DNA of 64,000 nt from an uncultured cyanobacterium. Its GTDB lineage: Bacteria > Cyanobacteriota > Cyanobacteriia > Leptolyngbyales > Leptolyngbyaceae. The stretch spans positions 29,852 to 93,851 of the forward strand of contig CAVPGX010000008.1 in the NCBI GenBank assembly GCA_963704065.1. Direction: 5' to 3'. A program made the position numbers and the translations under genes. Below, piece by piece: positions 10,371 to 20,879 of this stretch; the first letter of the stretch is position 1, and every line of letters begins with the position of its first letter. The notes under the pieces are model-generated. The model worked only from the letters and a program-made list of their open reading frames with translations. It searched no databases and was not told where the DNA came from.

Positions 10371-11258
10371 ATGACTGATTGGACTCCCGAAAAAACGGCA
10401 GATGGCTCTTATACTTTCTTTTCTGAGGAATTTCAGGAGACCTTTCACAGCCGTCAAGGTGCAAAGGCCGAGGCCTTTTATAAATTTTCCCGCGCCACAA
10501 ATTTGGTCGCTGCCAAAGACCGCGATCGCCTTTGCTTGCTTGATATCTGCTACGGCTTGGGCTACAACACGGGCATGGCATTGGAGACCATTTGGCAAGC
10601 CAATCCGAATTGTCACATCACACTATACGGCTTAGAACTCGATGCGACAGTGCCGCTGGGCGCGATCGTGCCAGAACTGTTGCAAGACTGGTCAACCCCA
10701 GTACAGGGAGTCTTGCAAGACTTAGCAAAAGATCAGCGATCGCAATTACCCATGCTAGAGGCAACGCTCTTAATCGGTGATGCACGACAAACAATTCAAA
10801 CGTTAATTGACCAAAAGGTCCAAGCGGATTCCATCTTCTTTGATCCCTTTTCGCCCCGGCGCTGTCCGCAATTGTGGTCAGTGGAGTTTTTCGAGCAAGT
10901 CGTGCGGTGTTTAGCCCCAACGGGCAAGCTGGCAACGTATTCCCGATCGGCGTCGGTGCGATCGGCGCTGCAAGCAGTGGGCTTAAAGATTGGCACAATT
11001 CCTTTGGCGCAAGAGGATTGGCGCGAATATCGGCCCCATGATTGGTCACAGGGGACAATTGGGGCTTGGGATGACGCGGATTTGCATCCGTTGACACCGA
11101 TGGAGCAGGAGCATCTGCAAACGCGGGCGGCAACACCTTATCGCGATTCAACCCTGACCGATACAGCCGAGGTGATTTTGCAACGACATCGAGCGGAGCA
11201 AGCGTTATCAACTGCGGAGGCCACCACACAGTGGCGAAAGCGGTGGGGAATTCGGTGA
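10371..11258 (+). CDS. MnmC-like SAM-dependent methyltransferase
   Basis: TADGSYTF, FHSRQGA, LDICYGLGYN, FFDPFSPRRCPQLW. Confidence 0.88.
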   Translation: MTDWTPEKTADGSYTFFSEEFQETFHSRQGAKAEAFYKFSRATNLVAAKDRDRLCLLDICYGLGYNTGMALETIWQANPNCHITLYGLELDATVPLGAIVPELLQDWSTPVQGVLQDLAKDQRSQLPMLEATLLIGDARQTIQTLIDQKVQADSIFFDPFSPRRCPQLWSVEFFEQVVRCLAPTGKLATYSRSASVRSALQAVGLKIGTIPLAQEDWREYRPHDWSQGTIGAWDDADLHPLTPMEQEHLQTRAATPYRDSTLTDTAEVILQRHRAEQALSTAEATTQWRKRWGIR

Positions 11259-11328
11259 GATTTCGCCATAGTTGCGATCGCGTTAGAAACACTCTACGAT
11301 CGAATCTATTCCGATTGAATCACGCCTA

Positions 11329-12027
11329 ATGGTCACATCTCCCCAGAAACCGGTCTTACCGCATTTACCGCCGTTGGCTAATGGCGATCGACTAAGTTGC
11401 GATGAGTTTGAGCGGCGATATGCAGCGATGCCAGATGTTCGGAAGGCGGAATTGATTGAAGGAGTGGTTTACATGGCAGCGGCGTTACGGTTTAAGAGCC
11501 ATGGCCAGCCCCATGGAAATTTGACCACTTGGATGGGCGTGTATAAGGTGATGACGCCGGGGGTAGAAATGGGCGTCGAACCGACAGTAAGGTTAGATTT
11601 GCGTAATGAACCTCAGCCTGATGCAGTGTTGATGATTGAACCAGATCGGGGCGGACAAGCAAAGTTTAGCGAGGATGACTATATCATAGGTGCGCCGGAG
11701 TTGGTCGCGGAAATTGCCGCGAGTAGTGCCGCGATCGATTCTACCGATAAGAAGCAAGCGTATCAGCGGAATGGGATTCAGGAATATATTATTTGGCGCG
11801 TGTTCGACCGACAGCTGGACTGGTTTAGTTTACAGAATGGAGCATATGTTACTTTACCCGTAGATGCCGATGGGGTGATTCGTAGTCAGGTGTTTCCGGG
11901 ATTATGGTTAGCTGTAAATGGACTGCTATCGGGCGATATGGTGCAGGTACTTGAAATCGTACAAGCGGGGATTCAAAGTGAAGCACATGGCAAATTTGTA
12001 GCGCGGTTAAAAGCCTCGGTAATGTAG
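11329..12027 (+). CDS. Uma2 family endonuclease
   Basis: KAELIEGVVYM, EPQPDA, GAPELVAEIA, YQRNGIQEYIIW, SQVFPGLWL. Confidence 0.95.
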   Translation: MVTSPQKPVLPHLPPLANGDRLSCDEFERRYAAMPDVRKAELIEGVVYMAAALRFKSHGQPHGNLTTWMGVYKVMTPGVEMGVEPTVRLDLRNEPQPDAVLMIEPDRGGQAKFSEDDYIIGAPELVAEIAASSAAIDSTDKKQAYQRNGIQEYIIWRVFDRQLDWFSLQNGAYVTLPVDADGVIRSQVFPGLWLAVNGLLSGDMVQVLEIVQAGIQSEAHGKFVARLKASVM

Positions 12028-12069
12028 CCGAAATTTACCCACAATTATCACGATACGAGCGATACGATT

Positions 12070-12101
12070 TTGGCTGAGACACAAATTGGCTGAGACACAA
12101 A
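12070..12101. repeat. Perfect 16-bp tandem repeat (TTGGCTGAGACACAAA x2)
   Basis: Read directly at 12070-12085 and 12086-12101. Confidence 0.93.
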
Positions 12102-12267
12102 GCAGTAATCACTTTAGGCCCGTCCAACCAGTATCAGATTCGCGATTCGTACGCCAAATCATTCGATTTATTCGGACTGTTCGAAGATAATCACATCTTT
12201 TGGTTTTTGATTGCCCCCCACGCAGCATACGATGAACTATTGAAACGCCTGCAATAACCCCCTCATA

Positions 12268-13470
12268 ATGACTTCTCCCCTAACCTGGCCTGAACTCGAA
12301 GCCCTAACCGATTGGCAAATCGACTACGTTAATGGCCCGACCAACGCCCAATCGAAACTGCGCCTCTTCGGTCATGAAGAATCGGAAATCCGCGTTACCC
12401 TCTTCCGCGACAACCACGCCTGGTGCCCCTACTGCCAAAAAATCTGGCTCTGGCTCGAAGAAAAACAAATTCCCTACCGCATCGAGAAAGTCACGATGTT
12501 CTGCTACGGGGAAAAAGAACAATGGTACAAACGCAAAGTCCCCTCCGGTATGTTGCCCGCCGTCGAATTCGATGGCCAAATCATTACCGAAAGCGACGAT
12601 ATCCTGATTGCCCTCGAATCAGTCTATGGACCGCTACAATTTGGCATGGAAGACCCGCAAATCATGCCATTGCGCCGTCTCGAACGCCTACTCTTCCGCG
12701 CTTGGTGCAACTGGCTCTGCTACCCCCATCGATCGGGCCGCGAAGGAACCTTTGCCCGTGAGAAATTCCAAGAAATTATGGGCTATGTCGAAGAATCCCT
12801 CGCTAATACGCCTGGCCCCTATTTCCTTGAGCAATTTAGCACCGCCGACGTAATCTTCACCCCCTACGTCGAACGCATGAATGCCAGCCTCTACTATTAC
12901 AAAGGCTATTCCATGCGGGAAATAAATCCTCGGATGTCCGATTGGTTTGACGCAATGGAAAGTCGCTCCACCTATCGCGGTACCCAGAGCGATTTTCATA
13001 CCCATTCCCACGACTTACCACCCCAGATGGGTGGTTGCTACACCAATAATGAAGCTCAGGCCAAAGCGTTTGCCCACCGGGTAGACAACGGTCCGTGGGA
13101 TGGATTACCAGACGTGACCTATGCCGAACCAAAAACCGCTTCCCAGGAAGCACTCCACCGCGTGATTAAACATCGTGAAAATATTATTCAGGTCAATCCC
13201 ACGGATAACCCCACCTTCGACGAGGCATTACGTTGCGCCTTAACCTACATGATGACCGGCGAATCCTGTCCACCACCCAAAGGCACCGATGTCGGTTTAC
13301 GGTATCTGCGCGATCGGATTAACGTCCCCCGCGATATGTCGATCTACGCGGCCAAACGTTTACGGACAGCCTTGGAAGAAACGGCCGCATTGGATGGCGA
13401 TCGACAAGGGCCAGTCATCCCTGTCCGACATCGCCGCGATCAAGATCCATTAGAATTCGCCAGTCACTAA
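12268..13470 (+). CDS. Glutathione S-transferase family protein
   Basis: [22 protein letters not shown] motifs. Confidence 0.92.
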   Translation: MTSPLTWPELEALTDWQIDYVNGPTNAQSKLRLFGHEESEIRVTLFRDNHAWCPYCQKIWLWLEEKQIPYRIEKVTMFCYGEKEQWYKRKVPSGMLPAVEFDGQIITESDDILIALESVYGPLQFGMEDPQIMPLRRLERLLFRAWCNWLCYPHRSGREGTFAREKFQEIMGYVEESLANTPGPYFLEQFSTADVIFTPYVERMNASLYYYKGYSMREINPRMSDWFDAMESRSTYRGTQSDFHTHSHDLPPQMGGCYTNNEAQAKAFAHRVDNGPWDGLPDVTYAEPKTASQEALHRVIKHRENIIQVNPTDNPTFDEALRCALTYMMTGESCPPPKGTDVGLRYLRDRINVPRDMSIYAAKRLRTALEETAALDGDRQGPVIPVRHRRDQDPLEFASH

Positions 13471-13476
13471 AGTTAG

Positions 13477-14121
13477 ATGAAAAGATTCAGCTATCCCTGG
13501 ATAGTTTTCCCCCTGACGTTGGGACTGCTCCTTAGCAGTTGTACAACTAAAACCCAGCAAACCATACCTTGCATCAGTAATGAGGGAGAACTACGCCCAC
13601 TCACCATCGGCCAACCCCTCCAGATGCAAGTTGGTTTATTGGACGAATCTGATTGCATTGTGAATACGGATGCCGCCGCATCTTGGACTTGGAAAACTGC
13701 CGATCCAGAGATCATCCAAGTCTCGGCAATCGGCAGCGTCGAAGGAACCAAACCCGGCAACTTTACGCTGAATGCCTCAAATGGCGACACATTACTCCTC
13801 ACAACCCAGGGATTCGTCTTGCCAGCAGATTGGACAATCAAAATCGAGCCAGCAGCAGCAACCGTGAAGGTCGATCAAATTGTGGAGTTTCAGGTAACGG
13901 CCTACGATGCCAACAACCAACCGCTGCCAACTGTCCCCTTTTCGCTCTATACGCCAGAGTTCTTTGAACCCGGCAGCGGCAAGGAGCCACTAGTTGATCA
14001 AGTCTCGTATCAGCAAATTACCAATCCCGGTACATTTCGTGCGGCAAAACCGGGAGTCACAACGATTACCGGCGAACTGGGCGACAAAAAAGTTGAAGCA
14101 AAACTCACTATTACCGAGTAG
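13477..14121 (+). CDS. Lipoprotein with two Ig-like domains
   Basis: Lipobox LLSSC; WTWKTADPEIIQV and IEPAAATVKV beta-sandwich patterns. Confidence 0.7.
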   Translation: MKRFSYPWIVFPLTLGLLLSSCTTKTQQTIPCISNEGELRPLTIGQPLQMQVGLLDESDCIVNTDAAASWTWKTADPEIIQVSAIGSVEGTKPGNFTLNASNGDTLLLTTQGFVLPADWTIKIEPAAATVKVDQIVEFQVTAYDANNQPLPTVPFSLYTPEFFEPGSGKEPLVDQVSYQQITNPGTFRAAKPGVTTITGELGDKKVEAKLTITE

Positions 14122-14316
14122 ATGCCGCATCACGCAACCACCATCATATTTATGGCCAATTGATCAGCTTTCCCACAGTGTTAAGGGGATTTGTGCATCG
14201 ATCGACCGTTCTGCTAGCAAATCAGCTCATAATCATCCCATTAAGATGAGGTCAAAACACCGTTTTGCGAAAGATTTACCGTCACATCACACGACCAAAT
14301 GCAACGACATGATCCG

Positions 14317-15640
14317 ATGAGTAACCCAACTTTTAATTTCTTCCAGCATTGGTATCCCGTCTCGCCGATCGAAGACCTGAAACCCGATCGTCCGACAGCC
14401 GTAACCCTCCTGGGCAAGAAGCTAGTAATCTGGAAACCGACAAACTCCGAGACGTTTCGTGTCTTCATCGACCAATGTCCCCACCGCTTAGCACCCTTAA
14501 GCGAAGGCCGCATTGATGAAAAAACCGGCCACCTCATGTGTAGCTATCATGGCTGGCAATTTGACGCCGAGGGTACCTGCACTCGCATCCCCCAAGCAGA
14601 AGACAGTAAAATTCTGCAAACTCAGAAAGCCAACTTCTGCGTGACGACACTACCAACGCAAGCCGCCAATGGGTTGCTATGGGTCTGGCCTGATGCTGAC
14701 TCAAAGGCGTTAGCAGACACACAGGCGCTGCCGCTGTCACCACAGATCGACGGGAGCAAAGCAGTGGTTTATTCCTCAATGGTGCGCGACCTAGAATATG
14801 ACTGGCAAACTTTGGTCGAAAATGTCGCTGACCCTTCCCATGTGCCCTTCGCTCACCATGGCATTCAAGGCGATCGCAACAAGGCTAAACCAGTCCCCAT
14901 GGAGGTTGTCCGTGCCGATCAAGACTGCATCCAGATCGAAAGCAATGGCATATTCAACGCAACAATCACCTTCACGCCCCCTTGCCACTTGGAATATGCA
15001 ATGCAGTTTGGACCGGACAAAAAGATTGGTTTGATTACCTACTGCATCCCCGTTTCACCGGGTAAATCGCGCATCGTCGCCCAATTTAGTCGTAACTTTG
15101 CCCAGCGGCTGCATCACTGGATACCCCGCTGGTGGAACCATATCAACGAGCGGAATCCGGTGCTGGAGGGGGATATGATTTTGCTGCATCACCAAGAACA
15201 AGATCTGCAAGCGCGGCGAGCAACGGAAAGCTGGAAAACGGCATATAAACTCCCAACCCCAGCCGATCGGATGGTAATTGAATTCCGCCGCTGGATCGAT
15301 CAATATTGCCAAGGCGCACTCCCCTGGGGCGCATTACCGGATACACCCGACCCCCAGCATAGCGATCGGGCCAAGCTCCTCGATCGTTATCACCAGCACA
15401 CCAAAATTTGCACCAGCTGTAGCCAAGCCCTAAAAAATATTCAACGCACGAAACTAGGGCTACAGAATCTATTTCGTTATGGCATTAGCGATCGCGGCAG
15501 TACTACCGGATACTTTACGCATACAAGTTGGTCTACCACTGGTTGTAACAGCATTAGTCGGATTAGGCGTTTACGGGTGGTTGCACTTTGCTTTAGCGCC
15601 CAAATTCTACTTTGTTGACTATATTCATGCAGAGCGCTAG
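14317..15640 (+). CDS. Rieske oxygenase, pheophorbide a oxygenase/Tic55-like (frameshift near 15466)
   Basis: CPHR...CSYHGW, ENVADPSHVPFAHH, CTSC. Removing one A at ~15466 restores two TM helices ending FVDYIHAER* at 15640. Confidence 0.88.
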
Positions 15641-15729
15641 GAAAACCTTGAGCAACGCATAAGTTGCTGCGTAGTCGGTAATATCCAGCTTGTAGATTAT
15701 AGCTATACGGCATTTTGGATCTTGCCACT

Positions 15730-16188
15730 ATGGAAAAACTCTTCAATTACTTCTGGTTGATCGCACTTTTGACCAATGTGCTCAACGCGCTCATTTTCTG
15801 GTTCAGAGCACAGTCCTATATTCAGCAAAACCCCGCACTGAAACCAGGGTATATCCGGCTAATTCGTGGCTTCTTAATTGGCATGAGCATTCCCTGGATC
15901 GTCATGGGGATTGGGTTGCAAACTGGTCAGGTCGCAACGATTGTTGATTACTTCTATCCGCGCAGTGGCAATCAAACGGTAATCGCTTGGTGGGTTTCGA
16001 TCTGGGCTTCATTACTGCTCTATATCTATTGGATTTGGTGGCGGCAGGGCGCCGAAAAACTCGTTCAACATCCGGGGCTGATGCGGGGTAATCCCACTAA
16101 TCCAAAGACCATTAAACTCGGTTCGGTGTTGATATTGGTCAGTGGTTTGATTGCTCATGGCATCATTTTCCTCCAAGAGCCACGCTAG
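15730..16188 (+). CDS. Hypothetical four-TM membrane protein
   Basis: Four hydrophobic segments; co-oriented with neighbours. Confidence 0.7.
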   Translation: MEKLFNYFWLIALLTNVLNALIFWFRAQSYIQQNPALKPGYIRLIRGFLIGMSIPWIVMGIGLQTGQVATIVDYFYPRSGNQTVIAWWVSIWASLLLYIYWIWWRQGAEKLVQHPGLMRGNPTNPKTIKLGSVLILVSGLIAHGIIFLQEPR

Positions 16189-16283
16189 ATCATTTGGACG
16201 CAGCCGATTCAGATGTTTCGACTGTCGGAACTTCCCAGCCTGTCAATTGCTAAATCCACAAATTTTTGAGCCCATAAATCAGG

Positions 16284-16757
16284 ATGAAAATTCGGCTTTT
16301 TCAGTCCCAAGACACAGCTCAAGTGGCACAGCTATTCCACGATACAGTTCGCAACATCAATCGCCAAGACTATAGCCAAGCCCAAGTTGAAGCCTGGGCT
16401 CCAGATGATATTCATTTCACTGATTGGGCCGCAAAATGTCATCAATGTTTCACCTATGTGGCCGATGATCATGGCATAGTCGCTGGCTTTGGCCAACTCC
16501 AATCCAATGGTTACATTGACTGCTTTTACATACACAAGGATTACCAAGGCCAAGGAATTGGTAATCAGCTCTATCAGGTGATCGAAACCCAGGCACAGAG
16601 TTTAGGTGTCGATCGGCTATTTACCGAAGCTAGCATTACGGCCAAACCCTTTTTTCAACGGATGGGGTTACTTGTGTTGCAGACACAAACCGTATCCTGT
16701 CGTAATCAAACATTCATTAACTACCAGATGGAGAAACGTCTCACCCCAGCGGTATGA
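16284..16757 (+). CDS. GNAT family N-acetyltransferase (YafP-like)
   Basis: YSQAQVEAWAP, YQGQGIG acetyl-CoA motif, EASITAKPFF. Confidence 0.92.
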   Translation: MKIRLFQSQDTAQVAQLFHDTVRNINRQDYSQAQVEAWAPDDIHFTDWAAKCHQCFTYVADDHGIVAGFGQLQSNGYIDCFYIHKDYQGQGIGNQLYQVIETQAQSLGVDRLFTEASITAKPFFQRMGLLVLQTQTVSCRNQTFINYQMEKRLTPAV

Positions 16758-16773
16758 TCGGCGTCAATTTGCT

Positions 16774-18495
16774 TTATACAGCGCTACCGGACTTGCGATG
16801 CAAGACTGCCGTTACCCCTTTGGTTTCCAACACTTGTCCCTGATTGACCACGGCATACAGTAACCAATGGTCATTGCAATCGAGACGGTTCTCGACAGTG
16901 CATTCCAAATAAGCGAGTGCTTCTTTGAGATAAGGACTACCATTACTGGCCGTCTCCGTTTCAACCACGGCTAAGGGATCGCTACCAGGGGCCAGTTTCT
17001 GAAAGTTTTTCCGCACGCTACGTCCTTCGCGCAAGACATTCAAGACAAATTGGTCACCCGGATGATCAAGAATCCCCTCGGTTTGATCTTTGGGTAAGGC
17101 AACTGTTAAACCGGGTGGTGTGAAAGTTGCTTGAGAAACCCAGGAGGTGAGTAATCCGATCCGTGTATCCTCACGTTGCAATGTGACGACACAGAGAGAA
17201 CCAATAACGCGACCGATCGCCTGATCAGTCCGATCGACCTGTGCTTCTGGAATTGCCTTGGGGGCGCGTTCTTTCTTCTGACGTTTGAGTGCGAGGGCGA
17301 ATTCCTTACCGGCGTCTTCGCATTGCTGAATCATCTCAGGGGTGGGTGTAAACTTGACGCGAAGTGAGTCAAATCCTACGGTATAGCCAGCATTTAACAG
17401 TTTTGATTCCAATAGGTCGATCGCCTCACCACTCCAGCCATAGGAACCAAATACGCCTGCTAGTTTGGTTTTAGCTGCATTCGCCAAAATTAATCCAAGC
17501 GCTGTTTGGATTTGGGTCGGTGCATGACCGCCAAGGGTTGGCGAACCAATGATGAAGCCATCACAGCGATCGACGGCATCCAGTACTGCCTCAGTATCAG
17601 AATATTCACAGTTGATCGACTCAACATAAATATTGCTATTGTTTAAACCGTTGCTAATCGCGTTGGCCATCATGCCGGTATTACCATAGGCGGAAGTATA
17701 GAGTAGGGCAACGGATAGAGCTTTTTGTTTCTGTTCGTCACACCAATCGCGATAGTCCATCATCAATCGACTGAGGCTATAGCGAATAATCGGACCATGA
17801 CCTGGCGCATAGATTTTTGCCTTGTAGAGCGCAAACTTGTCCAGAATATCCTCGACCTGTTTCGCATGGTTGGCATTAACTGTGGTGAAATAATGTAGTC
17901 GATCGGCTTGAATCGCTTTCCAATTTTCATCAAACACATCATCGCCACAGACATGAGCGCCAAAGAGTTTGTCGGTAAACAGAACCCTAGTGGCAATATC
18001 GAACGCTGCAATACCATCGGGATAGCGGGGGGTTGGTTTCGAGATGATCTTTAGCTCATGGCCCTCACCCAGATTAATCACATCCCCCGCACGGACGATC
18101 AGCAGTTGCAATTGCTCATCCGGGAATGCGGCCCGAAGCGTCGTGGCTGCCGGTTTGGAGCAGACAATCTGTGCCCGATATGCTAGCGGTAGCAACGCCT
18201 TTAGTGTAACGATGCGGTTAGCGTTGACGTGGGTCAGGATGATGTAATCAATTTGCTGATAGTATTCATGATTCTGCAATTCATCCACGAAAATGTCGCT
18301 AAACGACTGTCCTGGCGGATCAATTAATGCGACTTCCCGCGCTTGAATTAAGTAAGTATTTACCGTTGTCCCTTTCTGCCGCGAGTACTCAGCCTCGAAC
18401 TTAAGTTGATCCCATGTCCGCGATCGAAACACCGTGGTTTTCGGCGCAATCTCAGCAACCTGAACATCTCTTGGACGAGTGGTTGTAGCTGGCAT
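16774..18495 (-). CDS. Flavodiiron protein, Flv1/Flv2 type (non-canonical iron ligands)
   Basis: Beta-lactamase-like + flavodoxin + flavin reductase domains; THVNANR in place of H-x-E-x-D-H. Confidence 0.93.
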   Translation of the reverse strand: MPATTTRPRDVQVAEIAPKTTVFRSRTWDQLKFEAEYSRQKGTTVNTYLIQAREVALIDPPGQSFSDIFVDELQNHEYYQQIDYIILTHVNANRIVTLKALLPLAYRAQIVCSKPAATTLRAAFPDEQLQLLIVRAGDVINLGEGHELKIISKPTPRYPDGIAAFDIATRVLFTDKLFGAHVCGDDVFDENWKAIQADRLHYFTTVNANHAKQVEDILDKFALYKAKIYAPGHGPIIRYSLSRLMMDYRDWCDEQKQKALSVALLYTSAYGNTGMMANAISNGLNNSNIYVESINCEYSDTEAVLDAVDRCDGFIIGSPTLGGHAPTQIQTALGLILANAAKTKLAGVFGSYGWSGEAIDLLESKLLNAGYTVGFDSLRVKFTPTPEMIQQCEDAGKEFALALKRQKKERAPKAIPEAQVDRTDQAIGRVIGSLCVVTLQREDTRIGLLTSWVSQATFTPPGLTVALPKDQTEGILDHPGDQFVLNVLREGRSVRKNFQKLAPGSDPLAVVETETASNGSPYLKEALAYLECTVENRLDCNDHWLLYAVVNQGQVLETKGVTAVLHRKSGSAV

Positions 18496-18607
18496 AGGGA
18501 GATCTCCGATAAGAGGACAATGGGGCAGTCCTCAGGTATCAACTGTCAGTCTATAGTCATCACTTCCTAACAACTGAGCAGCGATACCCAAGAACGAACA
18601 ACTCAAG

Positions 18608-20356
18608 TTAATAGTGATTTCCAACCTTACGATGGTGCACCGCTGTCAAGGCTTCTGGGTTAGAAACACGACCAATATCAACAGTGGAATATACGAGCCA
18701 ATGGTCGCTACATTCCATGCGTGTGACCACTTCACATTCAAGATAAGCCAAGGCATCTGCCAAAATCGGCGATTCATTAGCGGCTGGGTAGGTTTTTATA
18801 TCGGCAAAGCGATCGGCACCGGGGGCAAAGCGCTTCAGGAAGTGCTTCATCAATGTCTGGTAGTTATCCTCTTCCAGTACATTTAAGACAAATCGATCGC
18901 CGACGCGCATCAGCGATTCGATCGCTCGGTCTTTGGCAACCGCGATCGTCAGTCCCAACGGCGTGACACTAGCTTGGGATACCCAAGAAGCCAGCATCGC
19001 ACTTTGGATATCACCTTTTTTGGCCGTGATGATATATAGCCCACCACTTAAGCGACCGAGGGCTTTATCGAGATCGCTATCGAGCGACTTCATCTGTTTT
19101 ACAGCCTTATCGCGAGTGAGCCACTGGCCCATGTCGATGCCAGCTTCGCGACAAAGCTGATAGGTTTGATCACTCGGCTGATTGTCAATCCGAATGGGGA
19201 CGAAGGCTTCTTTCAGGCCAATCTCATTAAACCGGTTGCGTAAGGTATCCACTGGTTCGTCATTGCCACCTGCCGACTCAAATAAGCCTACAGCTTGCTT
19301 CGCCTTCGCTGCGGCCAAGATCGTACTGAGGGCCGTCTGACTGATGGTGCCGAGTTCACCCGACTGCGGCGGCATCCCAATAATGATGCCATTCGCCATT
19401 TCGACATACTCGCGGATTTCGGATGGCTCAGCGGTGCGCAGATCAACTTCCTCAACGAAGACTTCGGTTTTACGAATACCTTTGGCGATCGACTCAGCCA
19501 AATGATCAGCATCGCCATACTCCGAAACGTAGAACAAAGCGACATTGGTGGCGACTTTGACCTGGGCATTACTCCAAGTTTCATAGCGGCCGACCAGTTC
19601 TTCGAGGTGGTGGCGAATCAGTGGCCCGTGGCCGGTAGCGATCGTATGGATGCCCGGCAACTTATTCATGCGCTTGATGGCTGAAAGCACCGATCGAGCA
19701 TTTGGCCCCATGAGGCAGTCATAGTAGATCTTGTAATCGGTTGCAATCAGATCGAGATCTTCATCGAAAGTCTGATCATCGCAATAGTGCATACCAAAAG
19801 CATCACAGGTGAAAAGATGCTGGGTCTTATGATCGTAAGTAAAAATCGTATCGGGCCAGTGTAGATTCGGCGCAGTACAAAACTCCAGCTCATGGCCATT
19901 GCCTAAATCCAGCTTGTCGCCACTCTTGACTTGCACCTTGTTGTAGGGCTGATGCACCATCTCAGCGAGAAATTGGTGAGCTACCTTAGCGGCATACACG
20001 GTGATATTTGGATTGATCTGCAGCAGATCTTTGATTAAGCCGCTGTGATCTGGCTCGGTGTGGCTGACGATTAGATAGTCGATCTGTTGAGGATCGATGA
20101 TGCTGGTTAGCTCACTCATGTAGAGGTCACGGAACTTCGCATGGGAGGTATCGACAAGTGCGATCTTCTCGCCTCTGATCAAAAACGAGTTGTAGGTGGT
20201 TCCGTTTTGTAGAGCGAACTCAATGTCAAAGCGATCGCGATCCCAGTCGAGCGAGCGGATTGCCGTTGTATCATCAGCAATCTCTGAATGGGTAATAGTC
20301 AGGCGACCAGGCTTGCTGGTGGTTTGGCCAGTCCGTTGTATCGATGAAACCATCAC
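18608..20356 (-). CDS. Flavodiiron protein, Flv3/Flv4 type (canonical diiron site)
   Basis: DWDRDRFDIEF, SHTEPDH, NLHWPD, CDAFG, HHRKVGNHY terminus. Confidence 0.95.
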   Translation of the reverse strand: MMVSSIQRTGQTTSKPGRLTITHSEIADDTTAIRSLDWDRDRFDIEFALQNGTTYNSFLIRGEKIALVDTSHAKFRDLYMSELTSIIDPQQIDYLIVSHTEPDHSGLIKDLLQINPNITVYAAKVAHQFLAEMVHQPYNKVQVKSGDKLDLGNGHELEFCTAPNLHWPDTIFTYDHKTQHLFTCDAFGMHYCDDQTFDEDLDLIATDYKIYYDCLMGPNARSVLSAIKRMNKLPGIHTIATGHGPLIRHHLEELVGRYETWSNAQVKVATNVALFYVSEYGDADHLAESIAKGIRKTEVFVEEVDLRTAEPSEIREYVEMANGIIIGMPPQSGELGTISQTALSTILAAAKAKQAVGLFESAGGNDEPVDTLRNRFNEIGLKEAFVPIRIDNQPSDQTYQLCREAGIDMGQWLTRDKAVKQMKSLDSDLDKALGRLSGGLYIITAKKGDIQSAMLASWVSQASVTPLGLTIAVAKDRAIESLMRVGDRFVLNVLEEDNYQTLMKHFLKRFAPGADRFADIKTYPAANESPILADALAYLECEVVTRMECSDHWLVYSTVDIGRVSNPEALTAVHHRKVGNHY

Positions 20357-20520
20357 TACCTCCCAAACAAGTATTCACGCTTCCCATTATGCCTTGCCGC
20401 AAGCGTAATGTTGAGTTTTGCAACGTTGCAATAAGTAAAGGTACTTATTAGTAGGGGTTATCATAAGCTCGGTTTGCATTGGCTCTGATCTATGAGTCTT
20501 TAGTCTAGCCATTTTTCAAC

Positions 20521-20812
20521 ATGAACAACGGCTGGTCTGAGGCCACCTGAACAGGTTTTGGATAGTGTCGCTGATCGGTCCAGCAACTGCCCCCACGACG
20601 TGAGCCATAGATATATCGCCGACGGAGATCGCCCCAAACACATCCACTGCTTCAGTGGGCATAGGTTTATGGATGATGCCTACTACCAAACCGGCCACTG
20701 TGGTAATGATGACAATCTGGAAGAACCCTGCAAACGTTGCCACAGGCGTATCCCCATGCCAGAGCAGATGTTCAATACCATGGATGATAATCAGATGGAT
20801 GCGCCTGAGTAA
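20521..20812 (+). CDS. Possible small His/Cys-rich protein (start uncertain)
   Basis: Frame open 20525-20812; ATG 20521 joins it if one A is removed. Five Cys including CKRC. Confidence 0.35.
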
Positions 20813-20879
20813 AGGGCCAGACTCGGATCAAAGATAGTAGGAAAAGTCCAAAACAAGAAAATGACTGATTCAGTACTTT

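Noticed and set aside
10061-10372. 103-aa minus-strand ORF similar to the 9010..9390 ORF
   Set aside because: The similarity is only the antisense reading of the sufR 3' duplication.
11329-12027. Uma2 gene as a second repeat-flanked cassette or defence system
   Set aside because: A HIP1 site lies upstream (11274), but I found no duplicated gene tail; Uma2 paralogues are common in cyanobacteria.
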